The notes under the pieces: generated by a model
Seen by the model: only the letters and a program-made list of their open reading frames with translations
The model's database searches: none
Told to the model about the DNA's origin: nothing
Part shown: piece by piece, positions 1 to 12,809 of the stretch
Layout of the letters: each line of letters opens with the position of its first letter
How positions within the stretch are numbered: position 1 is the first letter of the stretch
Program-made: the position numbers and the translations under genes
DNA from: Thalia democratica
Lineage: Eukaryota
Assembly (NCBI GenBank): GCA_965202585.1
Contig: OZ241828.1
Location: forward strand, 61,566,001-61,630,000
Length of the DNA: 64,000 nucleotides
Direction of reading: 5' to 3'

Positions 1-533
1 ATGCAGCTTTGCACCGGAGAACCAGTCTCATCAAGAGATCGTTTTAGTTTTTCAACAAAGTTCTGATTATTTTTAGCTTCCTTTTCCGCCTAATCATCTT
101 TTGTTTCATCACAAACATCAACTTCATTGCATGTAGGTTTACTTTGGACCCATTCGTGATCTAAATGCTTGTTTCTGTTTATGATTTGATTAGTAACAGA
201 ACTGTTTGAAATAGTTCCTTTATGTTTACTCACATTTTCGTCGGGCTCACTAGCATGTTTTCCAATCGCCTTGACGATGTGGCATTCAGTTTTTGTGTTG
301 AGTGGTTTTGGAGTGGAAACCTTTCCATGATCAAAAGTAGATTTTTCACTGATATTATTATCAGGATTAGAATGAAGTCTTTTATCAGTATATTTGTTCG
401 TCTTCTTAAAAAAATGACAAACAACACCAACTGTTGCCGACAAACCAATAAATAAAAGTAAATACAGTGGACAAAAAATATCAACGGTCAAATTACAAAA
501 ACTGACATCAAGTTTAATTAAAACTTTTATCAT
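1..533 (-). pseudogene. Orphan protein with N-terminal hydrophobic (TM/signal-like) segment, copy 1; in-frame TAG at 90-92, frame stays open to the window edge
   Basis: ORF 90..533 (MIKVLIKLDVSFC...LFIGLSATVGVVCHFFKK). After TAG the frame continues AEKEAKNNQNFVEKLKRSLDETGSPV, matching the paralogue near 12300-12400 (ggagaaccagtctcatcaagagatc vs ggagtaccagtctcatcaggagatc). Confidence 0.6.
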
Positions 534-2499
534 TTTACTTTACTGTAATTAATGTAAAATAAATATTAATTAGCTTTAAAATTTAGTTACATAATTTTCA
601 AAAACATAAAATTTTTACTTCTTTATTTTACAAAACAAAGATTAACGCGTTTAACAACGCATGAAATCGAAACAATCTTAATAATTAGAAGAAAATGTTT
701 TGAAAATTTACTGTTTATGTTATTTTTTAGTTTATTTACATTTAAACATAAAAAGTAATAAAATCAGAAGAAAATTTTATCAACTCTAACATTGCAATTT
801 GAAAATACTATAATATTCTCAATGTATTATAATACCTTAGTTTATACAACTTATAATACATGATTTTATTACTTTACATTTTAATCATTATAAATCTTTT
901 TTATTTTTAACTAAATGATGTAGAATATAATTCAAAAATTGATAAAAACTATCTTTTTTTTTAATTCTTACTTGCTAATTCAACTTTTTTAGACAGTGAC
1001 TATCTAACATTTCATTTTTGTACCTATTATTATTTTTCATTTTGAACTTAGAAGTTATTTTTTCTACCATGGTTTTTAAGTTAAAAAATCTTTGTTGTTA
1101 TAAAAAAAATTTAAAGTTTTATATTTTTAGTCTAATAATAGGATTATATACTCTAATTTTTATAGCTTTAATTGTTAGTTCAGCTTTAACAAATAACAAT
1201 ATAAAAACAACATCATATAGTTTAACTTAACTTATACAGATATTTAAATTAATAATATGCTTGAAAAGCTTCCATAAATCTCAAAATGTCGTTTATTTAT
1301 TTTTTGTTTTAGTGATTGGTAAATTTTTTGATTTATATTGTGTATTAATTTTTTTTGAATGTTTTACCAAGGCATCAAAGCTAAAGTCTTGTTTATCTAA
1401 TTAGCTTATTTAAAAGTAGGCAAGTTATTTGTTATAAATCAAACTAGGTACAAAAAGTCTTAGACTTTTTTGCTACCTCTAAAAGTAAAATCATTAATTA
1501 ATACTGTAATCTAACTGTTAATACAGCTTTAACTATAGACTTATAAATATAAGTTGTATGTTGTTTTTGTTCAAACCTAAAGGTTTAATTACTTTAGTTT
1601 ACATACAAACTACTTGTTCTTTTCAAATGTTTCAAATCGTTGATTAGTTTTGTCAAGCAAAAATGATAGAAAACATTTAAAAACATTTTTTTTAGTATTT
1701 TAAAAGGAGTGTTTCGAGACACTTTTACAATGATTTTAATGCTTACATAGCATGAAAATGTAAATTAAATAATAATCAAGGGCGTTATCTCAAAAAATAA
1801 TATGTATTAAAAAAAAATATTTATATAGATCTAATTATTAAGATTAATACAATTAAAAAACAATTAATTTAAAATAAGTTTTAAAAATAATAAATAATCA
1901 CTATATTTAAAAAAATAATTTTAACTATTCTTCAAAAAAAATTTACACAATTTAAAATTTAACAAAAACTGTTTTAAACAAAGTATTCTTCATATTACGG
2001 ATAGGCAACTTTTGTAGCCGACAAATTTAGTAAAAAAGTATTTCGCAAGGCTGACTTGTCAAAAACAAACTTACGGAGGCTGCAAAACTTTAAAAGTCGT
2101 AGATTATAAATTAAAATTAAAATTGATATAAATATTCTAACCAAACATATTTCAATTATCACTACTGTATATTACTAAAAATCCGATTAACACCACTTTT
2201 TCACTTGCTCGTTACAAATAGTTTTTTGTTTGTTTTGCAAGAGAAGTTAAAACTACGTCAAGGTCAAAAACATATAGTTTGCAGGCTGGATCCAGACTAG
2301 ATTAGAATGTTTCTTTTTACTTTATGTTATATCTAATTAGTTTTATATATATAAAGCTTGTTGTTTTATTACTGTAGTAGCATTTTAAAATGCCTTAAGT
2401 TTTTAGCTAATAAATTTAAAAGTTAATATTTTTTTTTCTTCGAAAACATATATACATAGAGAACCTGTAGAACTTAGTATAAGAACAAAATAAACGAAT

Positions 2500-2900
2500 T
2501 GTACATAAAGATATAAAAATTATTTAAAAAAACTCATCTTAGTAATGCCTACCAGTATCGTTTTGAAAAGGTTTTTAGCTTTTAATACTAAAGTTTTAAA
2601 ATACTGTTTCAAGTTTAAGTTTGTTTTTTATATAATTTAAAATGTTCATCAACTTTTATTAAGACATTTTTGACATTTTGCATTTTTTTTTTCTGTTTAT
2701 GTTTAATTGTTTGTCATTTTGTGCAAAGAGTCTTATTTCGAAAACACACAAGTTGTTGAGAGTTAAAGAGTTTGCCTTAGCATCGAACCATCATTTTTAC
2801 TTAAAATTTTTGCTTAAAGTTATTTTATAATTTTTAAACTAATTATACTTGAGTAGATTGATGCAAACTTAAATATCAACTACCTCGAAACTATGTTTAA
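2500..2900 (+). repeat. Diverged dispersed repeat, copy 1 (copy 2 at ~10490-10900)
   Basis: Three colinear anchors are shared with the 10.5-kb copy: taccagtatcgttt; tttgtcatttt...acaca..agttg.tgaga; attgatgcaaa...aaatat..acta.ctc. Confidence 0.5.
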
Positions 2901-3692
2901 TATACAAAACAATAAACTTTTATTGATTTTAAAATACGCCGTTAATCGCAGCGCTTTCCTTCATAAAATAAAGTTTAATAAAGTTCTAACGAAAACTGTA
3001 TAGTTATAATCTCATGTACTTCAGCAAATGTATTTACGCTGACTGTAACTTTGTTAAGCTACTACGTTTTTCTGTAAGTCTTAAAGTTTAACATTCATTT
3101 TCAAACACTGACCAAATAAATACTTTTTTACAATTCTTAATTTTCTTAATTTTAATGTAAATACACTGTTAAACTATTTTAACGTCAAAATTTTAAACGA
3201 TTAGTAGTACATCTAAAAACTAATTAAAAGGTTTCAAAGCAATTATAAAGCGATGTTTGCTTCTTTCAACTACTTAAAATAAACAAACTATCTACTAGGT
3301 TCTCCGTTCACCAGGTCCTTGGACCAAATATTTTCATCGTCTTTATTTTTCGTTCAGGAAACAATACTATTTCAGTAGGGTGTATTTTGGTCTTATTAAG
3401 TTGCTTGTAATCAAAAAATTGCGCTATCTTTGAAAATGGTACATAGAGATTAAAAAAAGTAACACTACTGAACTTTAAAAACTTTAAGGACTATAAAATC
3501 ATAATGGTTAAGTATGATAAAGCTTTTAATCGCAGTTTATGTCTTTTTCTTTCAAAAATATTAGTTTTTTTGTTTCATAATGGTATTGTTCATAAATCAT
3601 TTTGTATCACTTGAGTCTAAATAAAAAAAATCTTGATTTTTAATTTGTTTAAGTATAAAGAACTTGAAAACTTTCAATTAAAAACAATAGTT

Positions 3693-3905
3693 TGATCATG
3701 CCAATTTGATCATCAGACTATAAGCTTTCGGTAGACTGAGACTGCTTTTGTCTTAATTAGGACTCATCAGTCTACCGATAGCTTGTGGTATGATGATCGA
3801 ATTTGCATGATCAACCCTTTGTAAAACTTGACCTTGTCTCACGGCAAACGAAAGTCCAGATTTCTGCTCTGCAGAATTTCCGCGATGTTTTTGTTGATTT
3901 TATTT
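3693..3905. mobile_element. Rearranged hammerhead-ribozyme retroelement (retrozyme/Penelope pLTR-like): inverted HHR-containing half 3693-3772 (-) fused to a forward half 3767-3905 (+)
   Basis: The reverse complement of 3693-3772 matches 50850-50926, and 3767-3905 matches 50882-51015. The minus-strand core reads CTGATGA GTCC TAATTA AGAC AAAA GCA GTC. The GAAA box is mutated, so it is probably inactive. Confidence 0.8.
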
Positions 3906-5404
3906 TTTTGTTTATTTTGTTCTTTGATATACTTCTTTATACTAACTTTTATGTTCTTAAATTGATAAAAGACATATTTGTAAGATAATTATTAAAAAGT
4001 AAACTAACTTTCTGTGTTGCAAAAATTATAGTTTAGAGTTAGCAGTTTGAAATTATATTTTGATATATTGTGTTATATTAATACTTTCAATTGTTATTTT
4101 GTAAAATGTATGTATATTATAATAGATTAGTTTAGTTTATATGCATATTTTATTTCTTTAATTGGTTATAATAATTTATACAAAATTTTTACAAGACTAT
4201 CATTTTTTTTAATATATATAACAACTCTTTCTATATAGCTGTGATGCAATTTTTCCATTTGAAAGTTAGTTATTTGTTTCTATTTAGTTTTTGTATACAA
4301 CTATATTAGTTAATTTACTACACTATATGATTTTACACTAAGGAATGTAAAAATTCGTTTGATATATTATAGTTATGGGCCTTTCTGAAAACATTCAATA
4401 AAGCAGCCAAAATAAAAGTATTAAGAATAATTGTTTGGTTTTTTTAAGAATTAAAAATTATATATATGCATAAGTTTTCACTTGTACAATGAATAGCAAA
4501 CTAAGTTTTCTCATGGTTAGTTTTTTATAAGGTTGCTCTATTTAAATTTTTATGATAGATAGTTCCTGTCCCAAAATAAAATATTTTTCAGTACAAAATG
4601 AAGGCTTTAAAATTTCTTCTCAACTAATAAATACAGTTTGGCAAACTGCAGCTCGCTATGCAAAACTGTTTTGTTTATGGCGTATTTCGTAAATTAAAAA
4701 CAGTTAATAAAGTAAAAAAAAGTTCAAGCTTGTAATAATACAAAGTAATAAAATTATGCTAAAAACTTATGGTTATTTCATTAAAATGCTCTTATACTTT
4801 GATATTAATATTTAAAGTAAAATGAAACACTATACAATGGGAATTACTTTTTGTTGTGGGCTGCAAGTAAATAACTTTTGTAACAGGGTTGCAAAAAACC
4901 TGGAATCCTTGAAAAAGCTGAAGTTTTACAATTTATACTAAAAAACCTGGTAAAACTAAGAATTTGAAAATTTAGAAACAACCGTGAAACTTTAAACAAA
5001 AATAACTAAAAACTCAAAAAAAAACATGGAAAGTTTACTAATTTTTACTTGTTAATTAAAAGCTTTAATTTGACACGAAAAATCTACCATACAGATAAAA
5101 GTTATGCCTCTTCAAAAATTTATTCTATAAAAAACGCGTTAAAAGTAGCTTTACAGTATCTTTTTAATGTTGTTGTACTACTCAGCACAGTTGTTAACCT
5201 TAAACTTAGCTTTAAACTAAAAACAGACCCAAAAACATGTACTTTATAAAATCTGGAATATATTCAGAATTTCCTCGTGCAATTAAGTAACCTCGTGCAA
5301 TTTAAACCCGTTCTTAATTTTTTTACCTTAATTTTCAATTTGAACATCACATCAAAAATTTCTACCACATTTTACAGTTTAAAACTAAAAAGTACCGCTA
5401 CATA

Positions 5405-7679
5405 ATGGAGTATAAATGCTGTTTATGCCTTGGTAGATTATTCACAGCAGACACAGAAGTTTATCTCACACCGTGTGGTCATGCCTTTCACAAAAAGTGC
5501 ATATCGAAGGCAATAGAAAATAAACAAGAATGTCCCAATTGCAAAGCCGATTGTACAGAGGATGAGCTAAAAAAAATTCACTTTGATGTTTTTGATGAGC
5601 TTGAATACAGTGACTGTTCTAGTGAAACTGTGGAGTTTTTTGAAAATGTAGTTCAACAAGAAACAGAAAAGAAGATAAAAATCTTAAAAATCATTAAAAA
5701 GCTAGATAAAGAAAATAATAGTCTCAAAGAAACTTACAAAAACAACCATAAAAGATACATGGTGTGTAAGGTATTTTTAAAAGGTTTCTATAAAGAAATT
5801 ACTAACTTGAATGAAAAAAACAGCAAGCTAAAACTGACAAACGACGGTTTGTTTGCTGATATAAGAAGACTGTTCAATGAAAAAGAAGAAGTTAATGAAG
5901 ACGAAAAACCACAGGATAGTGAATATGAAGTCGATTTTGAAACTTGTCAAGATGCTGTCAACAAAATTGAAGAAATAAGTGAAGGTTGGTTGTTTATATT
6001 TTTACTGTTTCAAAACGTAAATCTTTCCTTGTAACACTTTGGTTATATTAAAACTAGATTATTTATTGGCATCTCAAGAGAAATGAAACAAAATAAAATA
6101 GATATTTTAAATAATTTTTGTTTTTAATATAATTATTATTGTTTTTTTTTTATGAAAATTAAATAAAAAAAATTTAAGGAGATAGCAAAGAAAAGGAAAA
6201 TGAAAACTTCAGTGAAAATAATGAAGCTATAGACTTCAACGTGAACATATGCAAAAATAAGAGTTTACTTAATGAGGAATTTTTTGAAACAGTTGAAATA
6301 TTTATGAAAGAACTACTTCTCTACGATAAAAGCTTACACAATTTAATATTTAGAAAAGTTGTCCAACTTGAAATTGCAAACAAGAAATTAAAAGAAAATA
6401 ACGAGAATTTAATGATTTACGTAAAGGTTTTAGAAAACTCGCTAATAAAGGCACAAAATAATGTAAATTGTTTGGAAGATAAATACAAAAAGCTGAAGTC
6501 AGAAAATAAAGATATATTGACTAAACTGAAAAGTACAATCAAACTAAAAAGTGAAATTAAAATTTTAGATACGAAAAGAAGGAAAATATCAGTAGATAAC
6601 ACTCACAATATTCAGAACACAAATTGCTGTGCAACTGAAGGTATGTTGATGAATTTATTTTAATTAGTAAAACTTTTACAAATTTTTTATTACTTAAATA
6701 AAGTGTTATAGGTTAGCAATAATGTTTAATAAAGGTATGTGTGACTACTATATACATTTGTTTTTATTTTTCAGCTGCAGGAAACAATGAAGACAAGAAT
6801 TATATATATATAAGCGGAGGGATTACAGTTGATTCTATTTCGAATGATGTTTTCAAAATTGACACAAAACTGTCTAAATGGGATCATTTTAAATCTGTAA
6901 ATAAAAGTAGGTTTGACCATCAATCCATTATAAAAGGAGATTTTTTGTATTTGATAGGCGGATGTAATGGATCAAAGTTTGTTGATTTAGCAGACACTGA
7001 GATTGTTCCTATTGGCGAGGAACAAACCACGCAACCAATTCCTTCCATGCATAGCAAAAGACGAGGTTTTGGAATGTGCTCTTTTGCAGAATGTGTTTTT
7101 GTCGGCGGAGGGTATCAAAAAGACTGGGAAGCTTTAGACAAATGCGAAGTCTATAGTTTTGAAATTTGTGAATGGTCTGAAGTTTCTAGTATGAATACAA
7201 AAAGATGCGAATTTACTCTGACTTATTTTCAAGGAAAAATCTGGGCTGTTGGCGGTTATAATAAGTCAAATGATACTGATACTTATCTGGAAACTATCGA
7301 AACATTTGACTTGACACAAAACAATTGGACCAAAAGCGGTTTGAAGCTCTCATCTGAACGGTGTCGGCATAACACTGTTGCTTACGACAAAAAACTATTT
7401 GTTGTTGGTGGCGAAAATAAAGACTTCTCTTCAGCTTCGGTTGAAGTTTATTCAAGCGAAACTAATCAGTTTAGTTTTGTTGCTTCAATGAATATTCCAC
7501 GATGTAATTTCAGATGCTACATTGTAAATTCAAGTTTGTATGTGATAGGGGGATGTAGTACAAATTACGACACTCCTACAGATGAAGTTGAGATTTACGA
7601 TATTGAAGAAAATGAATGGAGAAGAGGTCTGAGAATGCCCTTAAAATTGGCTATGTTTGCTTGCTCAAACACTCAATGA
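5405..7679 (+). CDS. RING finger + coiled-coil + Kelch-repeat protein (putative E3 ubiquitin ligase), 3 exons, ~648 aa
   Basis: Exons 5405-5984, 6179-6640 and 6775-7679 with GT-AG introns, both phase 1, join in frame (1947 nt). RING is C..C...CGHAFH..C...CPNC. The middle is heptad-rich. The C-terminus has about six Kelch repeats with GG...Y/W motifs (YLIGG, FVGGG, WAVGG, FVVGG, YVIGG). Confidence 0.88.
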
Positions 7680-8681
7680 CTAGTACTCATTGTACAATTT
7701 CATAATATTACATTTTAAACTAGTGTTATAGTTTTTAATAATTTGCAAACATTTTATAAAATATCGTTTTTTGGCTTTTTTTGAATTATAAGTTTGTTGT
7801 TAAAAAATGGTTAAACTTTTTTTAGACATATATAAAAATAGTTTCAATTTGACTTAATTTTTATATAATTATCTTGTTTTCTGTTTATTTTTTAAATCTT
7901 TTTGGTTTTATTAAAAAAAGTATTCAAATATTTTGTTATTGTGACGATTAAAAGTTATACTGAGTTTTAGTAAGACTGTTGTTTTTATATTAACAAAAAA
8001 TGAAGCTTTTTTAGAATTTATTTATTAAACTAGTTGTTATCTAATCTATATAATATTAACATGTTAGTTTTTAAATATCAAGCAAAAATATTAAGTTTCA
8101 TATTAACAAACATTGAGTCTTTAAATAAATATCTTATAATTTTGACATTTACACATATTTTAAAAATCTACATATGTTAGGAAATTTTTATATTGTTGTG
8201 TTTTATTTTAAACTTTAACCTTGATTTTTATAAATCTGCCTACAGCTTCATTATTGTATTTTTAAATTAAAAACACTGAAGTTTTTAAACAAACAAAAAA
8301 CTTTTTTTAAATAATATATTTCGACAAGTGTTGTGAAGCATTCTTATCTCCTAATAAACTATTTTTAGTTTTAAAATAATATGTCATGCTTGGTTATTTT
8401 TTAAATAAATGCACATGGCCACAATAGCAACCATTCTTGGTACTTGAAAACTCTATAAGTTGCATTAAACTATACTTAAATTATTTAATTGTTGTTCTAT
8501 ATTTAAAACACATATATACATTACAAATAAAAATGTAAGAAAAAATTAACTCGTAAATTATAATAAGTTTCTTGAATTAAAGCTCTGATTCTGCAGAGTG
8601 CAGACACTTAATTTCGTTATGTTGTAAGTTGTTATAGCATGATAAAAAGACTTGGGTCTGTGTTAAATTTATTAAGTTTAT

Positions 8682-9030
8682 CAGAGTTTCCGAAACTTTT
8701 TTGCAAATGGCCCCTTTTAAAGAAGATAAAAAAGCCATGGCGCCCTTCAACAGATTACTCATAAACTAACTTTTTTTTGTTTTTCTTTAATCTGCAACTC
8801 GAGAATATCTAGTGTAAGTTTCTAAAATACCATAAAATACCCCTAAAACCTTATATTTATTTTTTGCTTTTCATCTGAAACTCAAGAATGTCTAGTTTTA
8901 AGTTTCAAATTGTGACCTCATAACCCCCTGTGGCTCCTTTACTGCTCATGGTTTCCTCTTACCCTTTTGCTGCTCGTGGCCCCCTCAGTATCTGTCATGG
9001 CCCCCAAGGGGGCCACTTTGGGAAACCCTG
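8682..9030. mobile_element. hAT-type MITE (degenerate)
   Basis: Imperfect TIRs CAGAGTTTCCGAAA (8682) and TTTGGGAAACCCTG (to 9030). GGCCCC-rich subterminal motifs. The flanks AAGTTTAT and ATGTATAT match at 6/8, as expected for an old 8-bp TSD. Confidence 0.7.
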
Positions 9031-10489
9031 ATGTATATTGTATACTATACTTGTCATACAATTACTAATCACTTTGTTCTGGACTTTTTCTAACTCTTTC
9101 CCAAAACAGATTCACTATAATTAAAGATTTATTAAATCTATCTATAAAAAACTAAAACTACTTTTTTGCCTTAACTTTTGTAGGTCCGGTGCTTGACGTT
9201 TAGAAACAATATTTACAACTGCTAGATTTAGGTCATACTTACGTTATGTTAAAAACATTTTCTAAAAGTTTACGCCAAGAAGTTAATTATCTGATATTAC
9301 ATATAATATTGTGCTATTTCATAGTATTTAGAGTATTTAAGCATTTAAATATTTTTTTTAGTTAGAGTTGCATAGATATAATAAAAACTTTTATTAATAA
9401 ACTGTAGTGTAAAAGATAAGCGTAGAAAACTAATAACAGTTGTACATAGATATGTTTTGTTTGAAAGAATATTTAGCGTTTATTATAAATTTGATCAATA
9501 AAGGAAAATAATTATAAACTTATTCACATGAGAGGTCGGAAGTAAACAGGTCATCAAGTGCTAAACTTCAAGTATTAAAACTATCGCAGGCTGTAGTTTT
9601 AGTATTATTCAATTATAAATTTTAATTTGTTTTAGTCACATAGAAAGTGTTTTTTATGTGTACGCCATTTTTATAGTCTGAAATTAGTGCCGACTAAAAC
9701 ACTTATGTTCTAACAAAATACCTATCATTATCTGATTTTATACTCGATACTGATTTTAATAAATCAAATGACATAAATTATTTGTTTAACTACCTACTTT
9801 GTGCTGAAATAGGCTATGCGTTTTGTATTTAAAAAGATGTTTAGAAAAATCAATAGAACGACTACAAATACAGTGGTTTAACAAAACAATTTATAAAATA
9901 AATAAAATTTACGTTTCTTCTCTTTTTCTACTTCAGTCTTATAAGGTACGGTGTTCCCTTTTCATCAGTCTTTTAAATGTTGTAGATTGAAATTATTTCT
10001 CACATACCTTATTTAATTTAATGCATTAACGATAAAAGTAAGAACTAGAAAATAAAAATGCTAAAAAGAACATTATTATATACTTTCTATAAGAAAAAAA
10101 AATACAAATAAAAAAGTACTAAAGTAACAGTATATTTGGTTGTATTATTGATTTTTTTTTGATTTTATCATTGTTTTACCTAACCGCTACACTTTGTCAG
10201 TTTATTTTGTTTATATTCTTAATTTTTTGTTTTTACTATCACTGTAACCCTTAACGCTTTCCTGTGAGCGTTAATTTAATATTCATTACTGTTATATAAT
10301 TTTTCTTCTCGTGGGAAATTGTCACTCATGCAAAATTAATCTTTCTTGCAGTAGTGTATTTGTGAAAAAGTTAATCTTCAAGCAAACGCATCTCTTCGTC
10401 CACTAGTGTTAGGTTTTTCCTGTGAAATTCAATAGAATATATACACTGTGCCCCTAGTATTAAATATCAAAAGTTTATATTTTAGCTAA

Positions 10490-10900
10490 AGATATAAGAA
10501 ATAATGCAAAAACAGACTTATTTTCATAGTATTTACCAGTATCGTTTAAAGTTACTTTTTATGTTTTGAAAGTTGAGTTCCAATTTACTTTTTTTTTTAA
10601 CTTTTCCACACCAAATCTAAGTTTGAAGTTAAGTAACTTTAAACAAATTGGAATTTGTATTCAAAACATTTAATTGGTTTAAAAATCTGTTTAGTTTTTT
10701 TTTAAGTATTTGTCATTTTATGGACAGAAATTGTTTTTCTTAACACAAATGAGTTGGTGAGAATTTATTAGTTTTTTTAAGTGTTTAACAACAGTTTTTA
10801 CTTTAATACTTGCTTTTTAAATATTTTTTTTTCTTTTGTAAACTATGTTACACCAAGTGTATTGATGCAAATACAAATATAACTAACTCCAAAATCATTT
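10490..10900 (+). repeat. Diverged dispersed repeat, copy 2 (copy 1 at ~2500-2900)
   Basis: Same three colinear anchors as the 2.5-kb copy, at similar spacing. Confidence 0.5.
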
Positions 10901-11467
10901 ACAAAAAAAAACCAAAAATTTTCAAAAGTTGTTTACAAGCTAAAATGTACGACGCGACTATTTTTTCTCTTTAATTTATAAGATTTTATCTTTGTATACT
11001 TGTGATTTTTTACTCATTTAATTAGAACGTAAAATAATTTAGCTAAATCTAATTTCACGTATTACCGTTTTAATTGTTTTTATTACTTTTAGTTTATATT
11101 AATATAATTAAAAATAAATTTATAGTATTTTAAGATTATCGAACTCTTTTTCAGTTGTAAGAAATGATGAAGGTTTAAAGAATTAAGCCAAAATTACTAA
11201 AGGTTGTCTCTAAATTTATCGCATTTAGTATTAAAAGCTAGCGCGTAGACTATAAATATCTGTATTATCTACAATTGTTTAGCACAGATAGCAGTCTTAC
11301 AAATAGATATTTATTGTTTATTTATAATTTTAAAACACAATCAAAACTAAAAGACAAAACAAAGCTAAATAAAGAACTAAGTAATTAGTTTTGAGTAATT
11401 ATGTCCATCAAACAGAAAACATTTAATTTTCAACTTAGTTAGGTGACTTAAACTAAAATTTTTATTC

Positions 11468-12809
11468 TTAGTAGGTCATGATCCTAAATTTCTCTAATAC
11501 CAAGAAACTCAAAATTTCAATGAATAATAAATCTGAAGCTGTAACTCTTTCAATCTTGACCTCGCTAAATGTCTCCGAAGATAAAGCTTCAATATTTTTT
11601 ATCACTCCATTAACTATTTTGTTCAAACATTTCCTTTCTGACTCGAAATTAAGTGTGCTGTTGTTGACTTTTTCAAGAATAGACTTTAGGATATTTGTAG
11701 CAGTTCTTATTTGGCCAGAATATTTTGTTAAGAACTTCTCGACTTTAATACAATCTGACTCAATTGTGTCAATACTATTTCCCTCTTTCTAAAACCTAAC
11801 TTAAAAGCTGAATCCATCTTTGTCACAAACTCTTTTCTTATTTCGAGTTACAACAAATGTAAACTTTTTAATTTTGCTTGTAACAAATTACCTTCTTCGG
11901 TGTTGACAAAATAATCTTCAATAAGTTTAATCTTTTTACTTAACTGTTGTATAGTATCTATAATATGTTGCTTAATTTTTTTTGATCTTAAACTATTAAA
12001 CAGAGGAAGAATACGCTCTTTAATAAATTTTTGTGTGCTGATAAATCTTGTGTCAATCATAAATAAGAGTTTGTTAACTTCACGAAAAACTACTTGTTTA
12101 CGACTCAAGTTATCCGCATTGTCGTTTGAAGCTACGTCATCAGCTAAATTTACTTCGCCATCAGGTTGCTTAAAATTTACTCTGGAACTTTGCACTGTTG
12201 AACTAGTCTCGTCAGGAGTAATTTCATCTACTTTTTTATGACTCTTATTCTTTTAATTAGCAACAGTTTCCTGTAAATCAGTGTTTTTTATGGATCTTTT
12301 CACTGGAGTACCAGTCTCATCAGGAGATCTTTCATGGCTACCATCTACTTTTTCAAAAAGTTTGAGTTATTTTCAACTTCTTTTGTTGCCTCAACATTTT
12401 TTACATTACCACATACATCAACTTTATTACATGTAAGTTTAGTTTGAGCAGAGTCATGATTTAACTGCTTAACACTGTTTATGAATTGATTATTATCAGA
12501 ACTTTTTGAAATATTCTCTTTTGATTCACCGTCGTTTTAGTGAGGCTCAATTGCATGGTTATCAAGAACAGTAGTTTTTTGATGAAATTCATTTTTCCTG
12601 CTGTGTGGTTTAGGAACAGAAAACTTTTCATGATCAGAAGTAAATTTTTCTCTGGTTTCATTAGCAGGATTAGCATGAAGTTTTTGATAAGAAGTTTCAT
12701 AATTATTTGCAGAAAAATAACGAACAGTACCAATTGTTGCCGACAAACCAATAACTCCAACCATTAACTTACAAAAACTGATATCAAGTTTAAATGATAT
12801 TTTTATCAT
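11468..12809 (-). pseudogene. Orphan intronless gene, copy 2 (~445 codons), disabled by stops and frameshifts
   Basis: Starts MIKISFKLDISFC...IGLSATIGTVRYF, paralogous to 1-533. A long reading can be rebuilt across TAA 12537, a frameshift near 12357, TAA near 12254, TAA 11848 and a frameshift near 11785. It ends ...EILSFLVLEKFRIMTY* at 11468. Confidence 0.65.

Noticed and set aside
1995-5030. MITE-end-like fragments at ~1995-2100, ~4635-4670 and ~4885-5000
   Set aside because: Only one end is recognisable in each case; no paired TIR or TSD.
9940-9970. GACTGATGA on the minus strand as a third hammerhead
   Set aside because: No stem II, no properly placed GAAA, and no similarity to the element.
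11478-12767. Plus-strand ORFs 11478..11792, 12035..12241 and 12540..12767 (also 222..455, 6417..6602, 21695..21883, 24271..24549, 44336..44521, 51433..51657)
   Set aside because: Antisense or off-frame shadows of the real genes and pseudogenes.
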